64,000 bases of DNA from the NCBI GenBank assembly GCA_002269645.1, contig NIVC01002991.1:1-64000 (forward strand), given 5' to 3'. This document shows positions 38,901-54,694 of this stretch, one piece after another (the first letter of the stretch is position 1; each line of letters starts with the position of its first letter). Source of the DNA: Macrostomum lignano (taxonomy: Eukaryota). A model generated the notes under the pieces. It ran no database searches and had not been told where the DNA came from. It worked only from the letters and a program-made list of their open reading frames with translations. The translations under genes were made by a program, and so were the position numbers.

Positions 38901-41900
38901 CGCCAACGCCAAGGCGGCAACTGCGGCGGCGAATGTGGAGGTGCAGTTCACGCCTTCTGGCAAGACTGCCACAACTGCTGTGGGGACCAAGGTTTGTTAA
39001 CAGCTGCAGTTCATTTAAGAATGCAAGCACCCTCTCGTAGCCTAAGTCATGGCGCTCACGTAACCCGGAACCTGGTGTACCTTGCAATCTTACATTTTAA
39101 TTAACTCGATTCCTAGGTATCTAGGCTTCACCACCTCTATTTTAGGTATGCAGGCTCCGTCATCTTCATCTCCAGGTACTCAGGCTCCGTCATCACCTTC
39201 ATCCCCAGGTACCCAGGCTCCGTCACTACCATCTCCAGGTACCCAGGCGCCGTCACCATCCCCAGGTACCCAGGCTCCGTCACCATCCCCAGGTACCCAG
39301 GCTCCGTCACATTCATCCCTAAGTACCCAGGCTCCGTCACCACCATCTACAAGGTGCTCAGACTCCGTCATCACCATCCCCACCCCCAGGTACCCAGGCT
39401 CCGTCACTTTCATCCCCAGGTACCCAGGCTCCGTCATCACCATTCCCAGGTGCTCAATCTCCGTCATCATCATCTCCAGGTACCCAGGCTCCGTCACCTT
39501 CATCCCCAGCTCTCCAGTATCGGCCAGCTCTATCCCCAGATACCCAGGCTCCGTCACCTTCATCCCCAAATACCCAGGCTCCGTCACCTTCATCTTCAGA
39601 TACCCAGGCTCCGTCACCTTAATCCCCAGATACCCAGGCTCCGTCACGTTCATCTTCAGATACCCAGGCTCCGTCACCTTAATCCCCAGGTACCCAGGCT
39701 CCGTCACCTTAATCCCCAGGTACCCAGGCTCCGTCACCTTAATCCCCAGGTACCCAGGCTCCGTCACCTTAATCCCCAGGTACCCAGGCTCCGTCACCTT
39801 AATCCCCAGGTACCCAGGCTCCGTCACCTTAATCCCCAGGTACCCAGGCTCCGTCACCTTAATCCCCAGGTACCCAGGCTCCGTCACCTTAATCCCCAGG
39901 TACCCAGGCTCCGTCACCTTCATCCCCAGGAAGCCATCATCAAGCTGGCCAGCCCATTAAAAGCGCCCAACTCTATTTACCAGGCCCTGACAGACCCTGA
40001 CGACCAGCCGGAGGAGCGGCGCAGTCTGCTCGGCGGGTCCAAAGTCAGCCTGACCTCCTCGGAGCGGCAGTTGCGCAATCCTCACCTCCGCCGCCTGCGC
40101 CAGTTCTTCCGCCTGCTGTACGGCTTCTACAACATACCGGCGGTGAAGTTCCGGTATCACGCCCTGGCCCACGCCAGCCTGCTAATGCTCCTGTCGTACG
40201 TTCTGGTCATCGATTTCGAATACAGCCTCAACACGGCCGAGGCTGCGGCTTATTGCATCATCTGCGGCTACCTCATTGAAGAGGTTGGCGAGCTGATGCA
40301 GTGCGCCATGTACACCAGGCTGAGCGACTACTTTCGGAGCAAGTGGAACTACATTGACATTGCCGCACTGTTCACCGCGGTCATTGGATTCTTCTTGCGC
40401 ATGGGCAAAGTTGCCGGACACATGGACACTGTGGAGCAGAGGCTCACCATGTCGTTTAATGATCCCGGATGGTACTTGGCCAGGCTGTTTCTGGGTAAGT
40501 GAGGAGCCTGAGGGGCTGCGGCCCGGGTCCTTCAGTGTCTCTCCCTGGTCCTTCAGTGTCTCCCCCTGGTCCTTCAGTGTCTCCCCCTGGTCCTTCAGTG
40601 TCCCCCCCTGGTCCTTCAGTGTCTCCTCCCCTGGTCCTTCAGTGTCTTCCCTTCCTATCCTTCAGTGTTTGGGGATTTGGAAATTTTGAAAATGGATTTT
40701 TAATTTGGGGATTTCCAATTGCAAATGGGTGCCTGGATCCTAACTTTCACAACGCCTAGTATTCAATTAAGCAAATTTGATTGCTCTGTGAAATTTGGGA
40801 CCCTTGTGAAGCTCAGGTTTAGTTTGGGGTTTATGAAGTTTAGGGTCTATGAAGTTTAGGTTTTTTGATGTTTAGGGTTTATGAAGTTTAGTGTTTATGA
40901 AGTTTAGGGTTTATGAAGTTTAGGGTTTATGAAGTTTAGGTTTTATGAAGTTTAGGTTTTACGAAGTTTAGGGTTTATGAAGTTTAGGGTTTATGAAGTT
41001 TAGGGTCCATGAAGTTTACGTTTCACAAAGTTTAGGGTTTATTAAGTTTAGGGTTTGTGATGAAGGTGAATGCTAGTATTTTAGGCGTTGTGAAAGGGTT
41101 TACAAATGGTTTGTGAAAGAGCACCCTATTGTGGTGTTTTCGAGATGTGGAGTTCAAGATTTCCATGCACACACATTATACTACTATACACCGCCTGCAA
41201 TCAGTAGCGTATAAAAGCCCATCCGGTTGTAAACTGCCAGCCTCTTAGCCTCATCAGCAACATCATCATCCCGCAGGCATATCCTGTTCCCTATACTGGA
41301 TCAGGCTGCTGTACATCTCAACTGTGCTGGAGACTCTCGGGCCCAAGCTGAAGATGATGGCCAAAATGATCACCCAGGACCTGTTCCCATTCCTGTTCAT
41401 CCTATTCATATTCATATTCGCCTTTGGCGTGCTCATGTACGGCCTGCTGTTTCCCAACGGTTATTACGCTTGGAACCCGGAACAGATGACTGTGCCGAAC
41501 ATCCTGCTGGGCATGTTCCGGATCTGCTTCTACAGCATGGTTGGCGACTACAGCCTGGATGCCGTGATGGGAGCTGACGGGTGCAATGAAATCCTTGATA
41601 ACAAAGTCTTCAACAATACCCAGTCATGCCCGCACCATGTTGGCAGGTAATGTTGTTGGACATTGACGATCTGCCATTTCTTTTCAGCTACAATCTACCA
41701 TTCCTGTTAGCTACAATCTGCCATTTTCCTGTTAGCTACAATCTACCATTCCTGTTAGCTACAATCTGCCATTTCTTTTCAGCTACAATCTACCATTCCT
41801 GTTAGCTACAATCTACCATTCCTGTTAGCTACAATCTGCCATTTTCCTGTTAGCTACAATCTGCCATTTCTGTTAGCTACAATCTGCCGTTTCTGTTAGC

Positions 41901-44168
41901 TACAATCTGCCATTCCTGTTTGCTACAATCTGCCATTTTCCTGTTAGCTACAATCTACCATTCCTGTTAGCTACAATCTGCCATTTCTTTTCAGCTACAA
42001 TCTACCATTCCTGTTAGCTACAATCTACCATTCCTGTTAGCTACAATCTGCCATTTCTTTTCAGCTACAATCTACCATTCCTGTTAGCTACAATCTACCA
42101 TTCCTGTTAGCTACAATCTGCCATTCCTGTTAGCTACAATCTGCTATTCCTGTTAGCTACAATCTGCCATTCCTGTTAGTTACAATCTGCCATTCCTGTT
42201 AGCTACAATCTGCCATCTCTGTTAGCTACAATCTGCCGTTTCTGTTAGCTAAAATCTGCCGTTTCTGTTAGCTACAATCTGCCATTCCTATAGAATACAA
42301 TCTGCTATTTCTGCTAGCTACAATCTGCCATTCCTGTTAGCTACAATCTGCCGTTTCTGTTAGCTACAATCTGCTATTCCTGTTAGCTACAATCTGCCAT
42401 CTCTGTTAGCTACAATCTGCCATTTCTGTTAGCTACAATCTGCCATTTCTGTTAGCTACAATCTGCCGTTTCTGTTAGCTACAATCTGCCATTCTTGTTA
42501 GCTACAATCTGCCATTTCTGTTAGCTACAATCTGCCGTTTCTGTTAGCTACAATCTGTCATTCCTGTTGGCTACAATCTGCCGTTTCTGTTAGGTACAAT
42601 CTGCCATTCCTATAGAATACAATCTGCTATTTCTGCTAGTTACAATCTGCCATTCCTGTTAGCTACAATCTGCCATTCCTGTTTGCTACAATCAGCCATT
42701 CCTGTTAGCTACAATCTGCCATTTCTGTTAGCTACAATCTGCCGTTTCTGTTAGCTAAAATCTGCCATTCCTAAAGAAAACAATCTGCTATTTCTGCTAG
42801 TTACAATCTGCCATTCCTGTTAGCTACAATCTGCTATTTCTGCTAGTTACAATCTGCCATTCCTGTTAGCTACAATCTGCCATTCCTGTTAGCTACAATC
42901 TGCTATTCCTGTTAGCTACAATCTGCCATTCCTGTTAGTTACAATCTGCCATTCCTGTTAGCTACAATCTGCCATCTCTGTTAGCTACAATCTGCCGTTT
43001 CTGTTAGCTAAAATCTGCCGTTTCTGTTAGCTACAATCTGCCATTCCTATAGAATACAATCTGCTATTTCTGCTAGCTACAATCTGCCATTCCTGTTAGC
43101 TACAATCTGCCGTTTCTGTTAGCTACAATCTGCTATTCCTGTTTGCTACAATCTGCCATCTCTGTTAGCTACAATCTGCCATTTCTGTTAGCTACAATCT
43201 GCCATTTCTGTTAGCTACAATCTGCCATTCCTGTTAGCTACAATCTGCCATTCTTGTTAGCTACAATCTGCCATTTCTGTTAGCTACAATCTGCCGTTTC
43301 TGTTAGCTACAATCTGCCATTCTTGTTAGCTACAATCTGCCATTTCTGTTAGCTACAATCTGCCGTTTCTGTTAGCTACAATCTGTCATTCCTGTTGGCT
43401 ACAATCTGCCGTTTCTGTTAGCTAAAATCTGCCGTTTCTGTTAGCTACAATCTGCCGTTTCTGTTAGCTACAATCTGCCATTCTTGTTAGCTACAATCTG
43501 CCATTTCTGTTAGCTACAATCTGCCGTTTCTGTTAGCTACAATCTGTCATTCCTGTTGGCTACAATCTGCCGTTTCTGTTAGCTAAAATCTGCCGTTTCT
43601 GTTAGCTACAATCTGCCGTTTCTGTTAGCTACAATCTGCCATTCCTGTTGGCTACAATCTGCCATTCCTGTTGGCTACAATCTGCCCCTTTCCCAGATAC
43701 CTGGTGCCCTACGTGATCCTGCCGCTGTACGTGATCATCACGGAGATCCTGCTGCTGAACCTCATCATCGCCCTGTTCAGCCGCACAGTCGAAGAGATCG
43801 ATTCGCGCAGCCAGTCCCTGTGGCAGTTCGAGCGGCACGACCTCATCCAGGAGTTCCAGTCGCGCTCCTCGCTGCCGCCGCCGTTTAACGCGCTGGACCT
43901 CCTTCGCCGCCTGGTCCTATTCGTTGTCAGCCGACTCCGGCCCGACCTCCGGCCGAGCGCCGACGACGACTTCGACCAGCAGCTGGTGCTGCAGTTCCTT
44001 CTGTTCCAGGCCTTCAGCCTGCGCAACAACCGTTCCAGATCGCTGGCCGAGCAGGATAGCGAAGACGACCGGCTGATGTCCCGGGTGGCCGAGGTTGTCC
44101 GCAACGAGCTGCGCAAGTACCACCAGCACAAGGACCAGCAGCAGCAGCAGCAGCAACAGCAGGAGTAG
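32995..44168 (+). CDS. TRPM-like cation channel with N-terminal ankyrin repeats, about 1184 aa
   Basis: Exons 32995-33317, 34621-34811, 35524-36029, 37300-37766, 38149-38332, 38515-38991, 39930-40494, 41277-41646, 43697-44168 join in frame (3555 nt). Ankyrin motifs GMTPLHYA, GDYPLHRA, GNTALHRA, GRTPLHLA, GRTAIDL. TRPM-type motifs VWSVL, QTALDKKWYG, FYNIPAVKF, KWNYIDI, LGPKLKMM, NLIIALF, TRP box WQFER, LPPPF. Confidence 0.88.
33330..34510 (+). repeat. GA-rich array (GAGTGAGATGAGTGAGAGTGAGAAGGTGAGAGATAA-like) in TRP intron 1
   Basis: Purine-rich tandem units with a higher-order pattern. Confidence 0.96.
34850..35430 (+). repeat. 47-52-bp minisatellite in TRP intron 2
   Basis: CTTCTAGCTCCCAGACTCCTCTTCATCGTGAGCACCACCCACCCTCTTGGCA, about 12 copies. 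Confidence 0.95.
36078..36490 (+). repeat. 14-bp minisatellite (GACTGTCACTGTTT)n in TRP intron 3
   Basis: About 29 units. Confidence 0.96.
37800..38090 (+). repeat. Degenerate about 33-bp repeat in TRP intron 4
   Basis: GATTGAGTAGATATCTATAGATTTCTAA-like units, about 8 copies. Confidence 0.85.
39110..39929 (+). repeat. 30-bp minisatellite ending exactly at a TRP splice acceptor
   Basis: GTACCCAGGCTCCGTCACCTTAATCCCCAG units. The last unit supplies the AG at 39928-39929. Confidence 0.96.
40528..40650 (+). repeat. About 22-bp pyrimidine-rich repeat after a TRP donor
   Basis: GTCCTTCAGTGTCTCCCCCTG, about 6 copies. Confidence 0.9.
40815..41060 (+). repeat. 16-bp repeat containing TTAGGG
   Basis: GTTTAGGGTTTATGAA, about 14 copies with variants. 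Confidence 0.9.
41670..43690 (+). repeat. 23-bp minisatellite (CTACAATCTGCCATTCCTGTTAG)n filling the last TRP intron
   Basis: About 88 units that merge into the acceptor at 43695-43696. Confidence 0.97.
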
Positions 44169-44439
44169 CTAGATGAGAAGCAGCGGCAGCAGCCGCCGGA
44201 GCGGCCAAGCGGCGGCGGCAGCGTCGCCGGCACGCCGGGCAGCGCCGATTTCTCGCACGCCGGCACCGACGATACTCGCTAAGTGCGCTTGCACTTTTTA
44301 CCTATATAGTACACGCACTTTTGAACTAATTAAGCGTCTAAGCAAGTGGTAAGTAGGTAAATATATGGAGGCTCGTAGTGTACTTTTATTCTGTTATAAA
44401 ATGTACTTCTGTTCGCTTTGAATACCCTTTCAACCTATT

Positions 44440-44700
44440 AGTCTTACGGATGAAATTTTAACCTAGAAATCTTACGGGTGCACTTTTAACCTAGAATTCT
44501 TGCAGATGCACTTTTAACCTAGAAGTCTTACGGATGCACTTTTAACCTAGAATTCTTGCAGATGCACTTTTAACCTAGAAGTCTTACGGATGCACTTTTA
44601 ACCTAATAGTCTACTTATGCTACTTTAGCCTAATAGTGTATGGATGCACTTTTTAACATAATTATCGATTGATGCACTTTTATCAGGTTAGTTTACGGAT
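44440..44700 (+). repeat. Alternating about 28/29-bp repeat 3' of TRP
   Basis: ATGCACTTTTAACCTAGAAGTCTTACGG / ...AATTCTTGCAG units that decay toward the 3' end. Confidence 0.85.
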
Positions 44701-45339
44701 GTGCTTTTATCTGGGTAGTTTATTTGTGTACTTTTATATGGAAAGTACATTTACGTGTAATATAGTAATTGATAAGTATAAATTTGTTAGGATATGTTTT
44801 TTAAAGTTAGTACATTGCTAAAAAATTCTATAACTTAAATCTACTCATATCGAATGAATAATTAAGAACTTGCGAATAATTAAACTCCCGTGGATCGAAT
44901 CGAGTTGGCAAGTTGTGCTACTGTTAATAGTAGGCATAGCAAAAAAGATATTCCGTGATTAATTGCTTATCATTGTCTCTTAATCTATTGCGTAATCAGC
45001 TGTCACTCGCTAAGCAATGCACGTTTCGATTTTATGCAGCGGTTCACCGCTTAAGCATATCATTATTCATAATTTCTTAATCATTCATAGCGAATTTAGA
45101 TAACTGTGCTACGCTATTTGGCTCTTTTTCGTTGCTATTTTGCTTCAGGGATAAGGATTTGGGCGAATTTACCTGTGAGAAAATGGCTTTAAGCTCTTCT
45201 GCTTTTTACCTGATTTTCCTAGCCTGCTTTTGTGCTGTTGCCTTTGCTCAACTTGTGTCACAGATTTAGTTTGGGCTGCCTCTGCTATCGGCCTGATTTG
45301 GACCGGTTGGGAATTCCTGGTTCGAATCAGGTCGGCTTC

Positions 45340-46650
45340 TGATTCATCCGGATTGCTTTCGGATTGTTTCTAGTTCATCCGGATTTCTTCCGGGTCATCC
45401 GGATTGCTTCCGGCTCATCCAGATTGCTTCCGGCTCATCCAGATTGCTTCCGGGGCTCAGCTGGATTGCTTGCGGGCCATTTGGATTGCTTCCGGCTCAT
45501 CCAGATGGCTTCTGGCTCATCCGGATTGCTTCCGGCCCATCCGGATTGCTTCCGGCTCATCCGGATTGCTTCCGGCTCATCCGGATTGCTTCCGGCTCAT
45601 CCGGATTGCTTCCGGCTCATCCGGATTGCTTCCGGCTCATCCGGATTGCTTCCGGCTCATCCGGATTGCTTCCGGCTCATCCGGATTGCTTCCGGCTCAT
45701 CCGGATTGCTTCCGGCTCATCCGGATTGCTTCCGGCTCATCCGGATTGCTTCCGGCTCATCCGGATTGCTTCCGGCTCATCCGGATTGCTTCCGGCTCAT
45801 CCGGATTGCTTCCGGCTCATCCGGATGGCTTCCAGTTCATTCAAATTGCTTCCGGCTCATCCAGATTGCTTCCGGCTCATCTGGATTGCTTCCGGCTCAT
45901 CTGGATTTCTTCCGGCTCATCCGGATTGCTTCCGGCTCATCCGGATTGCTTCCGGCTCATCCAAATTGCTTCCGGCTCATCCAGATTGCTTCCGGCTCAT
46001 CCGGACTGCTTCCGGCTCATCCAGATTGCTGCCGGGGCTCAGCTGGATTGCTTCCGGCTCATCTGGATTGCTTCCGGCTCATCCAGATGGCTTCTGGCTC
46101 ATCCGGATTGCTTCCGGCTCATCCAGATTGCTTCCGGTTCATCCGGATTGCTTCCGGCTCATCCAGATTGCTTCCGGCTCATCCGGATTGCTTCCGGCTC
46201 ATCCAGATTGCTGCCGGGGCTCAGCTGGATTGCTTCCGGCTCATCTGGATTGCTTCCGGCTCATCCAGATGGCTTCTGGCTCATCCGGATTGCTTCCGGC
46301 TCATCCAGATTGCTTCCGGCTCATCCGGATTGCTTCCGGCTCATCCAGATTGCTGCCGGGGCTCAGCTGGATTGCTTCCGGCTCATCTGGATTGCTTCCG
46401 GCTCATCCAGATGGCTTCTGGCTCATCCGGATTGCTTCCGGCTCATCCAGATTGCTTCCGGTTCATCCGGATTGCTTCCGGCTCATCCAGATTGCTTCCG
46501 GCTCATCCGGATTGCTTCCGGCTCATCCGGATTGCTTCCGGTTCATCTGAATTGCTTCCGGTTCATCTGAATTGCTTCCGGTTCACCCAGATTGCTTCGA
46601 GTTCATCTGAATTGCTTCCGGTTCACCCAGATTGCTTCCGGCTCATCCAA
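45340..46650 (+). repeat. 20-bp CpG-rich minisatellite (GGATTGCTTCCGGCTCATCC)n
   Basis: About 65 units. The long ORFs here are repeat artefacts. Confidence 0.97.
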
Positions 46651-47479
46651 GTTGCTTTCTGGACGTCCCATAGACAATTGCTAAGAAAATCCCAAACCGG
46701 GCTTATTCTGGTGGATCGCAAAAGCAAGCTGATTCATCTAATCTAAGCTTTGCATTCCCTCGCACCAATGATTGTGTTAGATAATTACATAGCTGTTGTT
46801 TCACCTTTAACTGTCCGTTCTTTCTTATTCATTTCCATTTTGTGTTTCAGCCTTGGCTTTGTGCAATTCCGGCTTTTCCTGTACGCGTTTTTTGTCCTTT
46901 ACATAATTTTACATTGAAGCATATCGCCAATTGACGATTTTGTTAAACCTTTAAAGTTTGAAATAAAATAATACTTGGAAGCAATGCGACTTGTCGCTTT
47001 TGCATAGGAAATAATCAAATCTTGAGATTGGTTAAAAAGTTCTGCTATTCCATCGACTCGACCAATTGATGATGATCGGCCTAAATCTATATACTGATCC
47101 ACTTACCAAGATGGTACAATGGGATCAGTGGAACTATAATGACTATAGCATGTTCACGATGTTCATGTAACCAGGTACTTCAGTTAATAACAGTACAACA
47201 CAATGACTGTGAGGGTCCATGCATTTCAAATCGGTTTATTGGTTAAATTTAATAATACATAGGTATAATCCATAGTATGTACGAGTATATAGGGCTATTG
47301 ATTTTTGATATAGACCTCATATAAACTACTGTAAGTACACAGTGGAGGATGTGAGGCAGCCATCCCATGTGTGCTAATGAGTTGGCATGCTTAAACCTGC
47401 CGAATTTAACACATCGTATATGTACTAGGCAGTGCCAATCCTTAACTTCGTTCCTAGTGTTCCTTTGTTCTCCTGTTCC

Positions 47480-51376
<3,897 letters not shown>

Positions 51377-51896
51377 GCCGACTGATACTTATAAATAATC
51401 TTCTGCTGAGTAGTAGCTTAAATCTATCCTCTTGATTTCACGTTTTGAAAGACGTTTCACTACAACCGAGATATACGCTCGTATACTGCTATTGTAGTTT
51501 CCTTTTAGACAACTGGCGAATGCTGCAATCGTTCAATAAAATCAACCGTCTATACACCCTCAGAGCTTATACATGTGAATGTACGACTGTACGTCTGTTA
51601 ATCCTCGAGTTGAGTAGCTCGCATATATTAAGTATTGATCTTGTGAGCGCAACCAGCAATGAGCCAGCAGAAGTCTCTAGACAGCTGAAAAAGGTCTTTA
51701 CAGTTTGCATTGTGCAGTGGGACGAATGAAAGTCTCAAACCCAACCAAGAGATTGCGTAGTGGCTCTCATATCATAACAGGGTCACCTGACGTGTTCACC
51801 TGACACTGCAGTTAAAAATACGCTCATAAACCGCCATTTATACATGCAGCACAGAAATTTCTGTGTAACTTCTGTGATACTTGGATCAAGTTTATA

Positions 51897-52097
51897 CGAG
51901 GGACATTCAAAAAGTCCATGGCCTCATGCACTTTTGCTCGAGCTATGCTATAGAGATAATGCTGTGCAAGAGCATGATAGAGAATTTGCTTCCAAGTAAG
52001 AAAAAAGAGAGAATCTGCATGCTGCCGCTCGAATGAGGCGGGCGAGGGCCGAGGATGTATGCTTCTATGAGGCCACGAACTTTTTGAATGTCCCTCA
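51897..52097. mobile_element. Mariner-derived MITE (about 200 bp)
   Basis: TA|CGAGGGACATTCAAAAAGTCCATGGCCTCAT ... ATGAGGCCACGAACTTTTTGAATGTCCCTCA|TA; TA TSD. Confidence 0.88.
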
Positions 52098-53962
52098 TAA
52101 ATGCATCCGAGCTACATCTGGACTCCTCATACGTATAGCTAGGATCGCTACTTTTACGTCGCCGTGATCTGCCGCAATCGATCGATCGATCTCCTTTGTA
52201 GATGGGAGAGGCAATAACTTTCTATCCAAAATTGCACACATGGATTGAAACATAACGCGGAGGCAGTATGATATGGACATTTAGATATGTAAAAAATCTC
52301 TCGCTTTCTCGCCATCACTAAACAACAAAATACCCGGTTAGACTGCCGAACAGCAATTAGACTGCCGAACATTTAAATGCCATAAATTGACTGCCAACCC
52401 TAATCCTATCCCTAACTTTCATGTATATTTGTACATGTAAGTTCACATGTAAATCGACGGCGTAAAATGTCTGGCAGCAGTAAAAAGTCGTCGCTTCCGC
52501 AGTCAGGCGCTGCAGTCTACTTGCTAAAACGGCCGCTGGTATTCAAAATTCGGAAACCCCTTATGTATGCCCCCTCACCCGTCACCCGGGCCAAAAAATA
52601 GCTAAATTTACACTGCATATGTTACTTGTGCATATTTCTGTCATTATATGACGATTCTTTTTCTGATGCATGCAATACTGATTACTGATTAATTACAAAG
52701 AGCTTAATTTCACCGTAGACTGGACTTCAGAAATAAACTCTGGATCCGCGCCTGCCAGGCTGCTTTAGGAGTAAATTTTAGAACCCATGACCTTGCAGTG
52801 ATACCTCTTCAAAAGTCAAAACCAACCTCTGCTAGCCTTAGCTTGAGCCCCGAGTTATGTGACCGCACCGCAAAGTTTAAATCCAGGAACCGTCATGCCA
52901 GCTTCTAATGCGTAACTTCTCTGCTAAAACCTAGCTTTCAGTTATATATTTAGGTTATAGGTTCCTTTAGTAGGTTATTAATTATAGCAACTTTGTTATT
53001 ATGTAGCATTCTTTTTCTTCAAAACTTTTGCGCAGATGTTTAAACTAAGAAATGAATCCCGGCGCCGCCCGCCGCAACCGCATCCCGGTAGTACTTGCCG
53101 CCCGCTGGCCGGTAGCAACATAGCAGCTGCGATGCTCATTTCGAATGTGCAAATAGCTTCTTAATATCATTTTTAAAGATACGGATTATTAACACCAATA
53201 TATCCAATAACGGATTATTAGCACTAATAAATATTTTTACGATTACAAATGCTATGCTATGATATGGTGTCATGGACCTAGTTTTACGAATCAGCCAGTC
53301 ATCATAGGCCTACTACTTGTCTGTCATAGGTAGCTCGAATAGCTCTCAGCCATTAGCCATACCAGCTCAGGCGATTTCTCAGCACTCATCAAAGAGCCGT
53401 AGGCCTAGCCCATCCAAATATCCGTGGCTAAGCTAATCGAAGCTTAGCTAAGCTAATCGAATCTAAGCTAAGCTATCGACAGAGCTTGATTTTGTAACTT
53501 AGTTATTACTTGACTAGGCCTAACTTTCAAAATTGAGGTGTAGGCCTATTTTTACTCAGGCAAAAAGATCTTTAAATTAAATAGAAAACTTTCAAAATGT
53601 CACAAGACAAGAGTCTCTACTTCTAACTTCCTAAGGCTAGTGCTTTAAAATGTAAAATATGATGACCAGTGGCCCAATTATATTAGGCCCTAGTAGCTTT
53701 GGGAATCAAAATCAGGTCTTTTAGCCTATTATAGGCCTAGTTCATAGGTCCATATTGTAGACAAGAAATATACAATAGGCCTATAGTATAATACTAAAAA
53801 TATCAGCAGACAATTGTACTAATAGGCTAGTGATAGTGATAAGGGTGATAGGCATAGATAATACTAATACTCATTATTTGCATAGTACCATATAAATTGT
53901 AGTGTAGTTATTTACATGGTAACAAAAATATATTAGTTTTATACACTGTGTAGTACCTTTAG

Positions 53963-54694
53963 ATCTGGGTATACTTGTTAACTTTTTATTCGTCAACTGT
54001 GTTGACAAGTTTACTATATTTCTAATTCTAGGTAAGCCTAGGTAAATTTGTCAACTTAAGTTTAGTATAAAAAAGTATAGCGACATAATTTGTAAAACTA
54101 GTATGCCATTGAAATTGAGCTAAAGCTACTATAAATTAATTATCTATATATTTACTTTTACTTTTATGATTTTTATAGCATTTGTTTAGCTTTGTTGCCA
54201 ATATTGCCAATAAACTTCGTTGCCTTTGACTTGTTTTGTTGCCCAATATTTTCATTTACTATTTACAATTTGTTATAGATTTGTTAATCTAAATTTTTCT
54301 TATAGAAATGCTATGCTTTTTGCTGGGTTTTTTATGCTTTTTTGATTCACCTTTGTGAAATGTATAATGTACAAAACCTAATTAATCAAAAATTGAAATT
54401 TCAATAATCAAAAATTGAAATTGAATATATTTGAGTATAATATTCAAGTATAAAAACTTAAATCTGCACTTTTTAATAGTGGACTTTGTGGGTACTCAGA
54501 TCATTGGCACAAATTGGAGCTTACTTAATTGAATAGTTGTTTAGTGAATCATGTAATCACGAATGTAATCACAAATCATGAATGAAACAACATGCAATTG
54601 ATAAATTTTACCAGTAGACAAATTTACTAGTTGACAAATTTACTACAGTTGACGGCAGTTGATGAATAAAAAGTTGATGAGTCTACCAGCACCC
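53963..54694. mobile_element. Possible decayed TIR element with a 10-bp direct flank
   Basis: GTACCTTTAG at 53953-53962 and 54695-54704. Imperfect inverted ends (AACTTTTTATTCGTCAACTG / CAGTTGATGAATAAAAAGTT). Confidence 0.4.

Noticed and set aside
52300-52500. Short repeats with CCCTAA-like motifs, possible Helentron/MITE
   Set aside because: No matching termini, TSD or second copy identifiable by eye.
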